NCBI GenBank assembly: GCA_024640845.1
Contig: JAHEEE010000004.1
Coordinates: 14,567-78,566, forward strand
Direction of reading: 5' to 3'
DNA from: Myxococcales bacterium
GTDB lineage: Bacteria; Myxococcota_A; Polyangia; Polyangiales; Houyiibacteriaceae
Length of the DNA stretch: 64,000 nt
The translations under genes were made by a program, and so were the position numbers. The notes under the pieces were generated by a model, which was not told the origin of the DNA, searched no databases, and saw only the letters and a list, made by a program, of their open reading frames with translations. The first letter of the stretch is position 1; each line of letters opens with the position of its first letter. Shown one piece after another: positions 29,290 to 38,379 of the stretch.

Positions 29290-30180
29290 ATGACCATCAA
29301 GACGATTGTCGTCGGCACCGATCTCGGCGAGTCCGGGCGGCGAGCGATGCAACTGGCGGTTCAAACTGCCCGAGCGACGAACGCAACGCTCTGGCTGGTG
29401 CATGCAAGCGAGGTCGGCTTGGAGCACGGACTGCGCGAGTCGCCGCTCGGCGTTGCCGCCCACGCGCTGCGCCAGCGGATCAAGGGACGCTTCGAGAGCT
29501 CGCTGCAGAAGCTCGAGAGCGAGCGCAGGGAATGCGAGACCGCGGGCTTGAGTTGCCAGACTTCGTGCGAAGAGGGTCAGCCGTGGGAGACGATCCTCCG
29601 AACGGCCGTTTCGGTCAACGCCGACCTGATCGCCGTTGGCGATCCGGCGGGCTCAATTGGCTTGCCCGAGCGGTTGCTCGGCTCGACCGCCGAACGGGTC
29701 GTGCGACAGGCGCCCTGCTCGGTCTTGGTGGTTTGCGGGCGGACTCGAGAGGACTACCAAGGAGCTCGCATCGCGGTCGGGGTCGACTTCTCGCCTCACG
29801 GCATCGAAGCGGTTCGCTGGGCCCGTGACGTGGCGAGCGCCGTCAACGGGGAGGTCGCCCTGTTTCACGTGGTCCCTCATCCGATCACCGAAACCATGCT
29901 GCCCACTGAATGGCCGAGCGTGCTGAGGGGGCTCGCTTCGGCTGCACATGCACGGCTCACCCAACTCGTCGTCAGTGAGGGGCTCGCACCCAATACCTCG
30001 ATTCGCGTGCTCGATGGCGCGGTTGGCAAGATGCTCTGCAATGCGGTCGCCGAAGCCGAGGCCGACTTGCTCTTCGTAGGCAGCAGGGGGCATGGGCGGC
30101 TGCGTGGCATCATGCTCGGAGACACCCCGCAGTACTGCCTGCGCTACTCTCCGGTGCCTGTGCTTGCCGTGCGTCCCTGA
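29290..30180 (+). CDS. Universal stress protein, tandem USP domains
   Basis: Starts 'MTIKTIVVGTDLGESG'. Contains 'ADLIAVG...APCSVLVV' and a second domain 'ARIAVGVDFS...ADLLFVGSRGHGRL...SPVPVLAV'. Confidence 0.9.
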   Translation: MTIKTIVVGTDLGESGRRAMQLAVQTARATNATLWLVHASEVGLEHGLRESPLGVAAHALRQRIKGRFESSLQKLESERRECETAGLSCQTSCEEGQPWETILRTAVSVNADLIAVGDPAGSIGLPERLLGSTAERVVRQAPCSVLVVCGRTREDYQGARIAVGVDFSPHGIEAVRWARDVASAVNGEVALFHVVPHPITETMLPTEWPSVLRGLASAAHARLTQLVVSEGLAPNTSIRVLDGAVGKMLCNAVAEAEADLLFVGSRGHGRLRGIMLGDTPQYCLRYSPVPVLAVRP

Positions 30181-30184
30181 TTCG

Positions 30185-31726
30185 TCAGGTCTCGAAGAGC
30201 GCCTCGAGTCGACGCCGATTCTCCTCGGCCGGCGCCGAGGTGTCGAGACGGACGTGCTCGGATTGCGGTAGCTCGTCGATGGGCTCGAAGCGTGCCTCGA
30301 ACTCGTCGAGCAGGTCGGTTCGCGCGTCGCTTTCATGGGTGCCGCGCGCCTCGCGCTTTGCCAAGCGTTCGAGCAGCAGATCGCGCGGGGCGACACATTC
30401 GACCATCGTGAAAGGCACTCCTTGCCGCGCCGCAAGCGCGCGCGCGGCCGCGCGCGTCGCCGCGCTCCGAAATGACGCATCGATCACCACAGGACGTCCC
30501 GAAGCGAGGACTGTGCTTGCCGCCAACCAGAGCTCGCGGTACACGGCGTCGCTTGCGCTTGGCGAATAAGCTCCGGACCACGCGCCACCCGGCAACGATG
30601 CCTCGGGCGCGACGCCCATGAGATGCTTGCGGGTGCGGTCCGAGCTCACCACTGGCGCGGCGAGCAGCTCCCCGAGGAAACCCGCTGTCCGGCTCTTCCC
30701 GCTCGCGATCATCCCGCCCACGGCGACGAGTCTGGGCGAGAGCAGCGGCGGACGCTCGTACGCCAGCGACAGCATGAAGTAGCGCCGCGCTTCGCGCTTT
30801 GCGCGATCTCGCGTCGCGGCGGACGTCTCCGGATCGGCTGCCAGGAAAGAGGCGATCTTTCCCCGAACGAAAGCGCGGTAGCTCTCGTAGAAGTCGACGA
30901 CCGAGTACAGTCCGTAGTCGTGCGTAGCTCGCGCGTAACGGGCGAGGAATCTCTCCGCGAGGTCGACACGTCCGTGCCATGCAAGATCCATCGACAGGAA
31001 CGCGATGTCGGCGCACACGTCGCCAAATCGAAAACGGTCGTTGAACTCGATGCAATCGATGATGGCGATCGAGCCATCAGGCTCGAAGTAGACGTGCTCT
31101 AGGCGTAGATCCCCGTGCCCGTCGCGCACGCGTTTCGACTTGATCCGTGCGTTGAAACGGGGCGCGTCGGCAAGTATGCCAAGTTGCCAAGCTTCGATTT
31201 CTCGCGCTTGCTCCGGCGTCAGGTACTCGCCAATCGCATCGCGTGTTTGCGCGAAGTTCTCTACTACGTTTTGGCGGATCGTGCTGACCTCGCCGTGCTT
31301 GGCCGTTTCGGCGTCGCACTTTGCGTGCGCGTGAAACTCCGCCACGTGGTCAGCAAGGTCGTCGATGCGCTCGGGCGAGAGGGACCCTTTGGTCAACAGA
31401 GTGTCGCCTCGGTCCTCGTCGGACAAACGGCGCATGTGAACCGCCCAGTCGACGATACGGCCCTCTCCATCGACTGCGTGCATGCCATCTTCATCGACTG
31501 TCACCGGTACTACCCCGAGATACACGTCGGGTGCGAGCCGCCGGTTGAGTCGCACCTCCGACTCGCAGGCTTGTCTTCTCGCGTCGATCGTCGTGAAATC
31601 GAGGAAGCCGAAATTCACCGGCCGCTTGACCTTGAACACCTCGGACTCCGCCAGAAAGACCCACGAGATGTGGGTCTCGATCAGCTCAAAGCCGCTTGCC
31701 TGAAGGTCTGTTTTCACTTGGCTCAT
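30185..31726 (-). CDS. Bifunctional phosphotransferase-fold (APH-like) / P-loop kinase (AAA_33-like) protein
   Basis: The N-terminal half is kinase-like ('HGDLRLEHVYF', 'IIDCIEFND'). The C-terminal half carries the P-loop 'VGGMIASGKS'. This is the same architecture that I recall for mycobacterial Rv2004c-type proteins. Confidence 0.7.
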   Translation of the reverse strand: MSQVKTDLQASGFELIETHISWVFLAESEVFKVKRPVNFGFLDFTTIDARRQACESEVRLNRRLAPDVYLGVVPVTVDEDGMHAVDGEGRIVDWAVHMRRLSDEDRGDTLLTKGSLSPERIDDLADHVAEFHAHAKCDAETAKHGEVSTIRQNVVENFAQTRDAIGEYLTPEQAREIEAWQLGILADAPRFNARIKSKRVRDGHGDLRLEHVYFEPDGSIAIIDCIEFNDRFRFGDVCADIAFLSMDLAWHGRVDLAERFLARYARATHDYGLYSVVDFYESYRAFVRGKIASFLAADPETSAATRDRAKREARRYFMLSLAYERPPLLSPRLVAVGGMIASGKSRTAGFLGELLAAPVVSSDRTRKHLMGVAPEASLPGGAWSGAYSPSASDAVYRELWLAASTVLASGRPVVIDASFRSAATRAAARALAARQGVPFTMVECVAPRDLLLERLAKREARGTHESDARTDLLDEFEARFEPIDELPQSEHVRLDTSAPAEENRRRLEALFET

Positions 31727-31963
31727 GTTTTTGCCGGGTGCTCTGCCAGTATACCAAGTGCAGGTCGCCCGCCCACGTTGCCGGCTCTTCGACTTGCGCT
31801 ACTTAGATCAGGCGATGGCCAAAACATGGATAGTGGTGGCCCATCAGGCGGGCGCGCCCGACGGCGAGATCGATATCGACCGTCCCGGACGATCGTTTCG
31901 AAAGGTCATGGCCGTTTGAGGCGTGCTCTGGCAGCGACCGAAGCAAGCGAAGAGGTAAAAGAG

Positions 31964-32728
31964 ATGGCGAATTTTGAGATGCCCGTGACTGACTACATGA
32001 GCACGCCTGTCGAGACCGTTCGCATCGGCGAGAGCCTGATCACTGCCAACGAGCTGTTTGTCGGACAGGGGGTTTCTGCGTTAGGCGTCGTCGACGACAA
32101 CGGGGCGCTCAAAGGCGTGATCTCCAGAACGGACGTTCTGCACGCGGCGGTCTACGCCCATGGCGAGACCTTTCGCGTGCCCGACCGTCCGGTCGAGGAG
32201 CTGATGCAATCGCCGGCCGTCGCAGTCAGTCCGGATGCTAGCCTCGCGGACGCCGCCAAGTTGATGCTCAAGAATCGCGTGCACCGGGTTTTCGTCACCA
32301 GGGGTGAGCAGCCCGAGGGCGTGCTTTCGACTCGCGACCTCATGCGAGCAGTTCGTGAGAAGCGCCTGAAGGCGCCCATCGCCGAGATCGCGTCTCGCTC
32401 GGTCGTGAAGGTGAAGGCTGAGGACCCGATTGCGCTGGCGGTCGATAGGCTCGACCTCTCGAACAAGCACGGTTTGGTGGTCGTCGAGGGTGGCTTCCCC
32501 GTTGGCGTCTTCGATCAGGCCTGCGCCTTGGAGTCCCGTCGCCTTCCACCGAGCACCGCGGTCGAGCACGCCATGGACGTGCGCATCTTGATCCTGCCGG
32601 GCGAAATCGGAATGGGCCGCGCCGCGGAACAAGCCCTGAGCATGAACGTGCGCCGGATCCTGATCGAAGATGATCTCGGGGTATCGGGAATCGTCGGTGG
32701 TTTGGACTTCGCGAGGGTGATGGGGTGA
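31964..32728 (+). CDS. CBS-domain protein (two CBS pairs)
   Basis: Starts 'MANFEMPVTDYMSTPVETV' and has four CBS-like repeats. The track ORF from 31115 is an antisense-overlapping extension. Confidence 0.8.
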   Translation: MANFEMPVTDYMSTPVETVRIGESLITANELFVGQGVSALGVVDDNGALKGVISRTDVLHAAVYAHGETFRVPDRPVEELMQSPAVAVSPDASLADAAKLMLKNRVHRVFVTRGEQPEGVLSTRDLMRAVREKRLKAPIAEIASRSVVKVKAEDPIALAVDRLDLSNKHGLVVVEGGFPVGVFDQACALESRRLPPSTAVEHAMDVRILILPGEIGMGRAAEQALSMNVRRILIEDDLGVSGIVGGLDFARVMG

Positions 32729-32761
32729 GGGCCCCTTGTCAGCGTCAGCGTCTCACTTACA

Positions 32762-32917
32762 CCACCCACCCACCCCCGCCCGTAATCCTCCCTGCGCGCC
32801 CCAGCGCTTCGCTCGGGGCTTGCCGGCGCGCTTGCGCCGGGCTTCGCCGTTCCGGCTCGCGACCCGGCATGTCTTTGGGGCTGCCAATGCCAGCCTTGAG
32901 TGCCAGTGCCAGTGCCG
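32762..32917 (+). repeat. Intergenic repeat element, copy 2
   Basis: See copy 1. Contains two adjacent short GC hairpins (CCGGCGC-gctt-GCGCCGG at 32823-32840) and a (ccagtg)n tail. It lies between two convergent stops. Confidence 0.75.
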
Positions 32918-32918
32918 C

Positions 32919-35900
32919 CTACAACCACTTCTGAATATGCATTCCGAGCGCCGCTGGCCTCATCGGCGCTCGGTTCCTTGGGAGTACCCGGAAGCGAAGC
33001 TCGTGGCCGCCGCTTGCTCTCACGGCGAAGGCGCCTCGCCAGGTGCTGCGGTTTTCGGCGCCCTCCGATTCAAAGGAGACGACGATCCGGGATGACGGCT
33101 CGTTCTTTTTTCGGCCGAACGAGACGACCGCTTCGACCTCGAGGTCTCGGGCGTCGAGCCCGGGATGGTGGAGCGTCAACTCGGCCGAGACGTGCGTCCC
33201 GACGACGATCTCGTTGCTGCTCAGACCTCCAAAGCGCACGCTCTCCATCGTGATGTCGTTCCAGTGCGTGCGGACTTCTTCGGCAACGTCGGCGAGGGCG
33301 AAGAGTGGACGATAGTTCGACTCGCGAAGCGCGATCGCATCTTGCATGGCGGGCTCATAGAACATGTCCGCATAGTTCGTGAGCATTCGACGGGACGAGA
33401 AACGCGGAATGATGCTCGCCATGCTCGCCTTCATGCGTTCGACCCACGCGACCGGCACGCCCTCCGCATTGCGATCGTGGTACTCGGGCAGAATTTCGCC
33501 CTCGAGCAGCGCCATCGTGATCGCACGGTCGTACGCGCTCGGATCGTGAATCGAAGACGAGGGCAGGTCGATTACCCAGCCATTATCCCCTTGGTAGCCC
33601 TCGAGCCACCAACCGTCATCGACGCTGAGGTTCACACAGCCGTTCATGGCGGCTTTCATACCCGAGGTGCCGCTCGCTTCGAGCGGGCGCGTTGGCGTGT
33701 TTAGCCAGACGTCGCACCCGGCAACCATCCGGCGCGCCTCGTCGATCGAGTAGTCCTCCATGACGATGACGCGGCCCGCAAGCGAGGGGTGCTTCGAAGC
33801 CTGGTAGACTCGCTGGAGGAGCGCCTGGCCATGCCCATCGGCCGGGTGGGCCTTGCCGGCATAGATCATCGTGGCGCCCAGGGTGCCTTCGAGGAGCTTG
33901 GCAAGGCGCTCGGGATCGGCCAGCAACAAGTCGGCGCGCTTGTACGGGGCAAAGCGCCGCGCAAAGCCGATCAGCAGACGGTCCTCGTCGAGGTGGTCGA
34001 GGATGTCCCGCAGCAGCGACAGGTCTTCGCGACGCCTCGTCCAACTCTGGGTCAGGTGCTCTTTCAGCCAGTCGATGTAGTCGGCGCGCAGCTCGCGATG
34101 AATCGACCAAATCTCAGCCGGGTCGTGTTTGCGGAGCCACTTCCACTGGAACCGATCTTCGATCCTGTTGCGCCAATCGTGCCCCATCTCGCGCTCGAAG
34201 AGGCGTTGCCATCGCGGCGCCACCCAGGTCGAGACGTGGACGCCGTTGGTGATGCTGGTGCAAGGGACGTCGTCTGCGTCGTCGAGCTCGGGATAGAACT
34301 GGAGAAACATGTTGCGGGCGACTTCACCGTGCTTCGCGCTCACGCCGTTGATCCGCTCGCAGTTTCTCACGGCGAGCGCGGTCGTGCCGAACTCGTTCGG
34401 AGCGCCGTTTGGTGTATTGCCGATCGCCATCAGGCGCGGCCAATCCATACGAAGCACGTGCTCGAAGCGCGTCAGATACGGGCGCACCATCTCTTCGGGG
34501 AAGTGGTCGTGCCCTGCTGGCACCGGAGTGTGTGTCGTAAAGACAGTCGTGTTGCGGATGTACTCGAATGCTTCTCGTGACCTGAGACCGTGGCGCTGAA
34601 TCAAGTGAGCCGCGCGCGCGATGATCAAGAACGCGCTGTGCCCCTCGTTCATGTGGAACACGTCTGGCTCGATATCGAGCTCGGTCAGCATTTGGTATCC
34701 GCCGAGGCCCAGGATCATCTCTTGACGCAGACGATGCGCAGAGTCGCCGCCGTAAAGACGGTTGGTAATCGCTCGGTCCTCCGGACGGTTCTCGGGCAGG
34801 TTGGTATCGAGCAAGAACAGCGGCACCCGTCCGACCTCGAGTCGCCAAGCGCTCACTTGCACGGGCCCAGTCGGCAGTGGAACCGTCACCCTGAGCGGCG
34901 CGTACTGACCAGCCATCACCTGCTTGAACGGCGGGCTCCCGAAGTCGTTGGTGTCGCTGAGGTGCTCTTGGTGTCCGTCCCGGTCGATCATTTGGCGGAA
35001 GTAGCCATCATGGTAGGCCAGGCCAACGGCGCACAAAGGCAAGTCCAAGTCGCTGGCGGCCTTCAGATGGTCGCCGGCGAGAATGCCGAGGCCGCCCGAA
35101 TAGAGCTTCAGAAACCCAGCGATGCCGAACTCCATGCAGAAGTACGCAATTCTAGGGTCCTTGGCCTGCGTCGCCTCGGACATCTCGCGAGCGGACCGTG
35201 CAACGTCGGCGACGTAGCCTTCGTCCAACGCGAGGTTCATCAAACGCTCGGGCTTGACCTGATCGAGAAGAGCGTGCGGGTTCTCTTCGAGTTTGAACCA
35301 CAGCTCGGGATCGATCTTCTTGAACAAGGAGGCGACTTCGGGGTGCCAGCGCCACCAGAGATTGGCGGCGATGTCTTGAAGCGGTCGCAGCTCGCTCGGG
35401 AGCGCGTTGGTCACCGAGAAGGTGCGAGTGTAGGGGGCGGCCTCCTCGCCCTCCTTGGCGGGAGGGATCACGAATGCACCGAAGACGCCGGAATCTCCCG
35501 AGATCGTTGGCGTCGACGGGACGCTCAGCCGCTCCATGGGCAGTTCCTTGCGTCGGGCTGCGCCGGCCTCCAGCGCGAGCTGGTGTGCCCGCTCATAGTG
35601 CTCCATGAAGTTCGACCAGTCGGTCAGCGCCGCGGTTTCGAGCGAAGCTTGCCCGAGAGCTTCGCGATCCTCGGGTGGCAGATCGATGAACTCGAGCATG
35701 GCCTTCTTGAGGACGTCGCTCACCTCGTCGAAGGACACTCCCTCGCGCTTGAGCACGCGAACACCGGTGCGCTTGCCTTCGCCAAGTGAGGCGGCCCAGC
35801 GCCCGAATCCGGCGCGGTCGGTCGTGATCGCGGGGACCCCGAAGGCCACGGCCTCGAGCGGCGTGTAGCCCCACGGTTCGTAGAAGGAGGGGAATACGCC

Positions 35901-37172
35901 GAGGTCCGCCCCGGGAAGGAGGTCCCAGTACTTCTGGCGAATCAATAGGTCGGTGCCGTCGAGGTAGATCGGGACATGCACGACGTGCACGGGTGCGCCG
36001 TGCGTGTTCTCGACGCCCAACGCGTTGAGCTGATTGGTGATCGGATCGTTCGCCTCGTCGACCAGGTCGTGCGTGCAGCGCAGTGGCGACCCCGCCGCGG
36101 AGCCATGCGCGCGATCCCACAGCGCGCGCTTCGGCTCTGCGTGACCGGCCGGAAGCATGGCATATACGATCACCCGTTTGCCGTCGCGAGACGCAAGCTC
36201 TTCCGGTAGGCCGAAGGCTGCCTCGAAGTAGACGTCCACGCCCTTGTTGACGTACTCGTATCGGCCGGCGAGCGCGAAGATGAGCGTCTTTTCGCGGTCG
36301 TATCGGTCGCCGGTCGTGAGCTCTGCGAGCTTGAAAAGCTCCTCTCTCGCCTGCTGGCGTTGCTCGTGAGCGACTGGTTTGGCGCCAAACCCGTTGGGCA
36401 GAATCACGTCTGGCGTTCGGCCTAACAGATACCGGCATTCGAGCGCGGTGATCTCGCTAACGGTCGTGAAGACGTCTGCCTCGCGCGCCGCGACGGATTC
36501 CATCGAATGCTTCGACGAGACGTTGAGCTCTTTCGCGGCCACTTCCGGGTCGACGTTCGGCAGCGATTGGTAGAAGTTCGGGTCTGCGCGGCGTCCTGCC
36601 AGCGAGCGTCCGAGCATCGTTGCATGGGTCGTGAACACCGTGCCGATCTCAGGCGCCGCCGTCTGGAGGTGTAGAATCGCGGCGGCGGACATCCACTCGT
36701 GGGCCTGCACGAGGGCTTTCTGCCGTCCGGGCAGCAGGAAACGGTCACGAATGTGTTCGATGATCATGCCTGCCGCGTGTGCAAACAAGACCGGGTCGTA
36801 GTAGTCCCAGGCGCCGAACAACGAATCGAGCCCGTACTTCTCCCAGTAGCGGCCGAGAATCTCGTCCTTGCGCGGGTAGAGGCTCGAGTGATTGATCAGC
36901 AGGCACCGAGGCTCCCCTGGCACGAGCCAACGGCCCATCTCGATCCCGATCTCGTGGTCTCGAAGCGATTCGGCAAGCGCGCTATCCCAAATATCGGGGC
37001 GAAACTCGGGGGCGACCCCCTCGGCGCGTGGGACGTCGGGGCCGATCGTGATGTATCGGTCTTCGCCGTGGCGCTGCTGAACCTCCGGGACGCGGCTCGC
37101 CAACACGGTGTGGATACCGCCCACCATGTTGCAGACTTCCCAGGAGATTTCGAAGAACACCGCTCTGCTCAT
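32919..37172 (-). CDS. Fusion protein: GT3 (eukaryote-type) glycogen synthase + GT35 alpha-glucan phosphorylase
   Basis: 1417 aa. The N-terminus 'FFEISWEVCNMVGGIHTVL' resembles the GT3 glycogen synthase N-terminus. The C-terminal half has 'YFCMEFGI', 'GGLGILAGDHLKAASDL' and the PLP-Lys motif 'EASGTSGMKAAMNG' of alpha-glucan phosphorylases. Confidence 0.85.
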   Translation of the reverse strand: MSRAVFFEISWEVCNMVGGIHTVLASRVPEVQQRHGEDRYITIGPDVPRAEGVAPEFRPDIWDSALAESLRDHEIGIEMGRWLVPGEPRCLLINHSSLYPRKDEILGRYWEKYGLDSLFGAWDYYDPVLFAHAAGMIIEHIRDRFLLPGRQKALVQAHEWMSAAAILHLQTAAPEIGTVFTTHATMLGRSLAGRRADPNFYQSLPNVDPEVAAKELNVSSKHSMESVAAREADVFTTVSEITALECRYLLGRTPDVILPNGFGAKPVAHEQRQQAREELFKLAELTTGDRYDREKTLIFALAGRYEYVNKGVDVYFEAAFGLPEELASRDGKRVIVYAMLPAGHAEPKRALWDRAHGSAAGSPLRCTHDLVDEANDPITNQLNALGVENTHGAPVHVVHVPIYLDGTDLLIRQKYWDLLPGADLGVFPSFYEPWGYTPLEAVAFGVPAITTDRAGFGRWAASLGEGKRTGVRVLKREGVSFDEVSDVLKKAMLEFIDLPPEDREALGQASLETAALTDWSNFMEHYERAHQLALEAGAARRKELPMERLSVPSTPTISGDSGVFGAFVIPPAKEGEEAAPYTRTFSVTNALPSELRPLQDIAANLWWRWHPEVASLFKKIDPELWFKLEENPHALLDQVKPERLMNLALDEGYVADVARSAREMSEATQAKDPRIAYFCMEFGIAGFLKLYSGGLGILAGDHLKAASDLDLPLCAVGLAYHDGYFRQMIDRDGHQEHLSDTNDFGSPPFKQVMAGQYAPLRVTVPLPTGPVQVSAWRLEVGRVPLFLLDTNLPENRPEDRAITNRLYGGDSAHRLRQEMILGLGGYQMLTELDIEPDVFHMNEGHSAFLIIARAAHLIQRHGLRSREAFEYIRNTTVFTTHTPVPAGHDHFPEEMVRPYLTRFEHVLRMDWPRLMAIGNTPNGAPNEFGTTALAVRNCERINGVSAKHGEVARNMFLQFYPELDDADDVPCTSITNGVHVSTWVAPRWQRLFEREMGHDWRNRIEDRFQWKWLRKHDPAEIWSIHRELRADYIDWLKEHLTQSWTRRREDLSLLRDILDHLDEDRLLIGFARRFAPYKRADLLLADPERLAKLLEGTLGATMIYAGKAHPADGHGQALLQRVYQASKHPSLAGRVIVMEDYSIDEARRMVAGCDVWLNTPTRPLEASGTSGMKAAMNGCVNLSVDDGWWLEGYQGDNGWVIDLPSSSIHDPSAYDRAITMALLEGEILPEYHDRNAEGVPVAWVERMKASMASIIPRFSSRRMLTNYADMFYEPAMQDAIALRESNYRPLFALADVAEEVRTHWNDITMESVRFGGLSSNEIVVGTHVSAELTLHHPGLDARDLEVEAVVSFGRKKNEPSSRIVVSFESEGAENRSTWRGAFAVRASGGHELRFRVLPRNRAPMRPAALGMHIQKWL

Positions 37173-38371
37173 GGTCGAGTTCGCTTTTCCGCGGGCGCCA
37201 ACACAGAGAGCTTCAAGTCTTTCATGACGTTCATATAGTGGATAAACGCGTCGTAGGGTCCCTCATAAGGGCTGAAGTAGTCGTGCACCTCGCCGTCTGA
37301 GGCCAATTTGGTCGCCATGTAGTAGAAATGGTCCGATGTCTGCAAGCGTCTCCATAGGGCGAGAAGATGAGAATTGTTGCGACGGCGGACCGCCGGGCCG
37401 ATCGAGTAAACTTCGTTCAGCGCCCGCTGCTGCATGGCGTTACCGCGCCAGGCGCTGATGTCGCGAGCCGCATCGGCCCAGGATACCGTTCGATGGAAGG
37501 GGAGCTCGCCTAGGGCGGGGTAGCGGTCGACCACCTGGCTGGGCGTCTGGATGTCCCAATGGGGGTGGGTGAACAGGAGGTCGGGTAGGTGCTCGAGGAA
37601 ATCGAAAATACCCGTCTCCTTCCACTGGTGCTCACCGAACGTTTCGTAGTCCATGAACAGATTGATGACGTCCCCGACACCGCTATGGCCGTGAACCCAG
37701 CCGGCGAACTTCTCAGCCGTCAATGGATACTCCGCCCAGGCTCGGTTCGAGAAACGAAACGCGATGTCGTCGGAGAGCTTGTAGTTCTTGGCGAGAAGGC
37801 GCATTTCGCGCCCGGCGACCTTGTAGACGAAATTGGGGCTTCGCCAATCCAGGATGTCGTCGGCGCCTTCACAGAGCATCGCGTCAAACCCGAGGTCCGC
37901 GATGAATTGCCCGATTTCGTCGTTGTAGATGAGCTCCGTGTTCCGGAAGATGCGGGGGGTTTGGCCGAACTCCTTCTTCATGAGCTCGATCTGCATGTCG
38001 ATCTGGGCTCTAAATTCGTCCTTGTCGTAGAGCGCGGCAAGGCTGTGATAATACGTCTCGGCGACGAACTCGACAGCCCCGGTTTCGGCGAGACGCACGA
38101 AGCTGTCCATCACCTCGGGCGCGTATTTCTTCATCTGCTCGATGGCGACGCCAGTAAGCGCGTACGAGATGCGAAAGCGACCGTCGGTACGCTCGATCAG
38201 ACGCAGCATCGAGTTGTTCGCTGGTAGGTAGCACTTGTCAGCCACCTTCCGAAGGACTTCGGCGTTGAGCTTGTCGTCGAAATACTCGTGGTCGCGACCG
38301 ACCTGGAGCGCACCGTACGGCCGTAGTCGATACGGCTGGTGCACCTCGAAATAAAAACAAACCGACGGCAT
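37169..38371 (-). CDS. Glycoside hydrolase family 57 (alpha-amylase/branching-enzyme family)
   Basis: Starts 'MPSVCFYFEVHQPYRLRPY' (GH57 region I) and contains 'DYETFGEH'. Its stop overlaps the downstream start by 4 nt. Confidence 0.85.
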   Translation of the reverse strand: MPSVCFYFEVHQPYRLRPYGALQVGRDHEYFDDKLNAEVLRKVADKCYLPANNSMLRLIERTDGRFRISYALTGVAIEQMKKYAPEVMDSFVRLAETGAVEFVAETYYHSLAALYDKDEFRAQIDMQIELMKKEFGQTPRIFRNTELIYNDEIGQFIADLGFDAMLCEGADDILDWRSPNFVYKVAGREMRLLAKNYKLSDDIAFRFSNRAWAEYPLTAEKFAGWVHGHSGVGDVINLFMDYETFGEHQWKETGIFDFLEHLPDLLFTHPHWDIQTPSQVVDRYPALGELPFHRTVSWADAARDISAWRGNAMQQRALNEVYSIGPAVRRRNNSHLLALWRRLQTSDHFYYMATKLASDGEVHDYFSPYEGPYDAFIHYMNVMKDLKLSVLAPAEKRTRP

Positions 38372-38379
38372 GATTCACC

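Noticed and set aside
31938-31954. TGGCAGCGACCGAAGCA as a sigma-54 promoter for the CBS gene at 31964; similarly the minus-strand TGGCAGAGCACCCGGCA near 31735-31751
   Set aside because: The GG-to-GC spacing is 11 rather than the strict 10. The second candidate would also start transcription inside the ORF.
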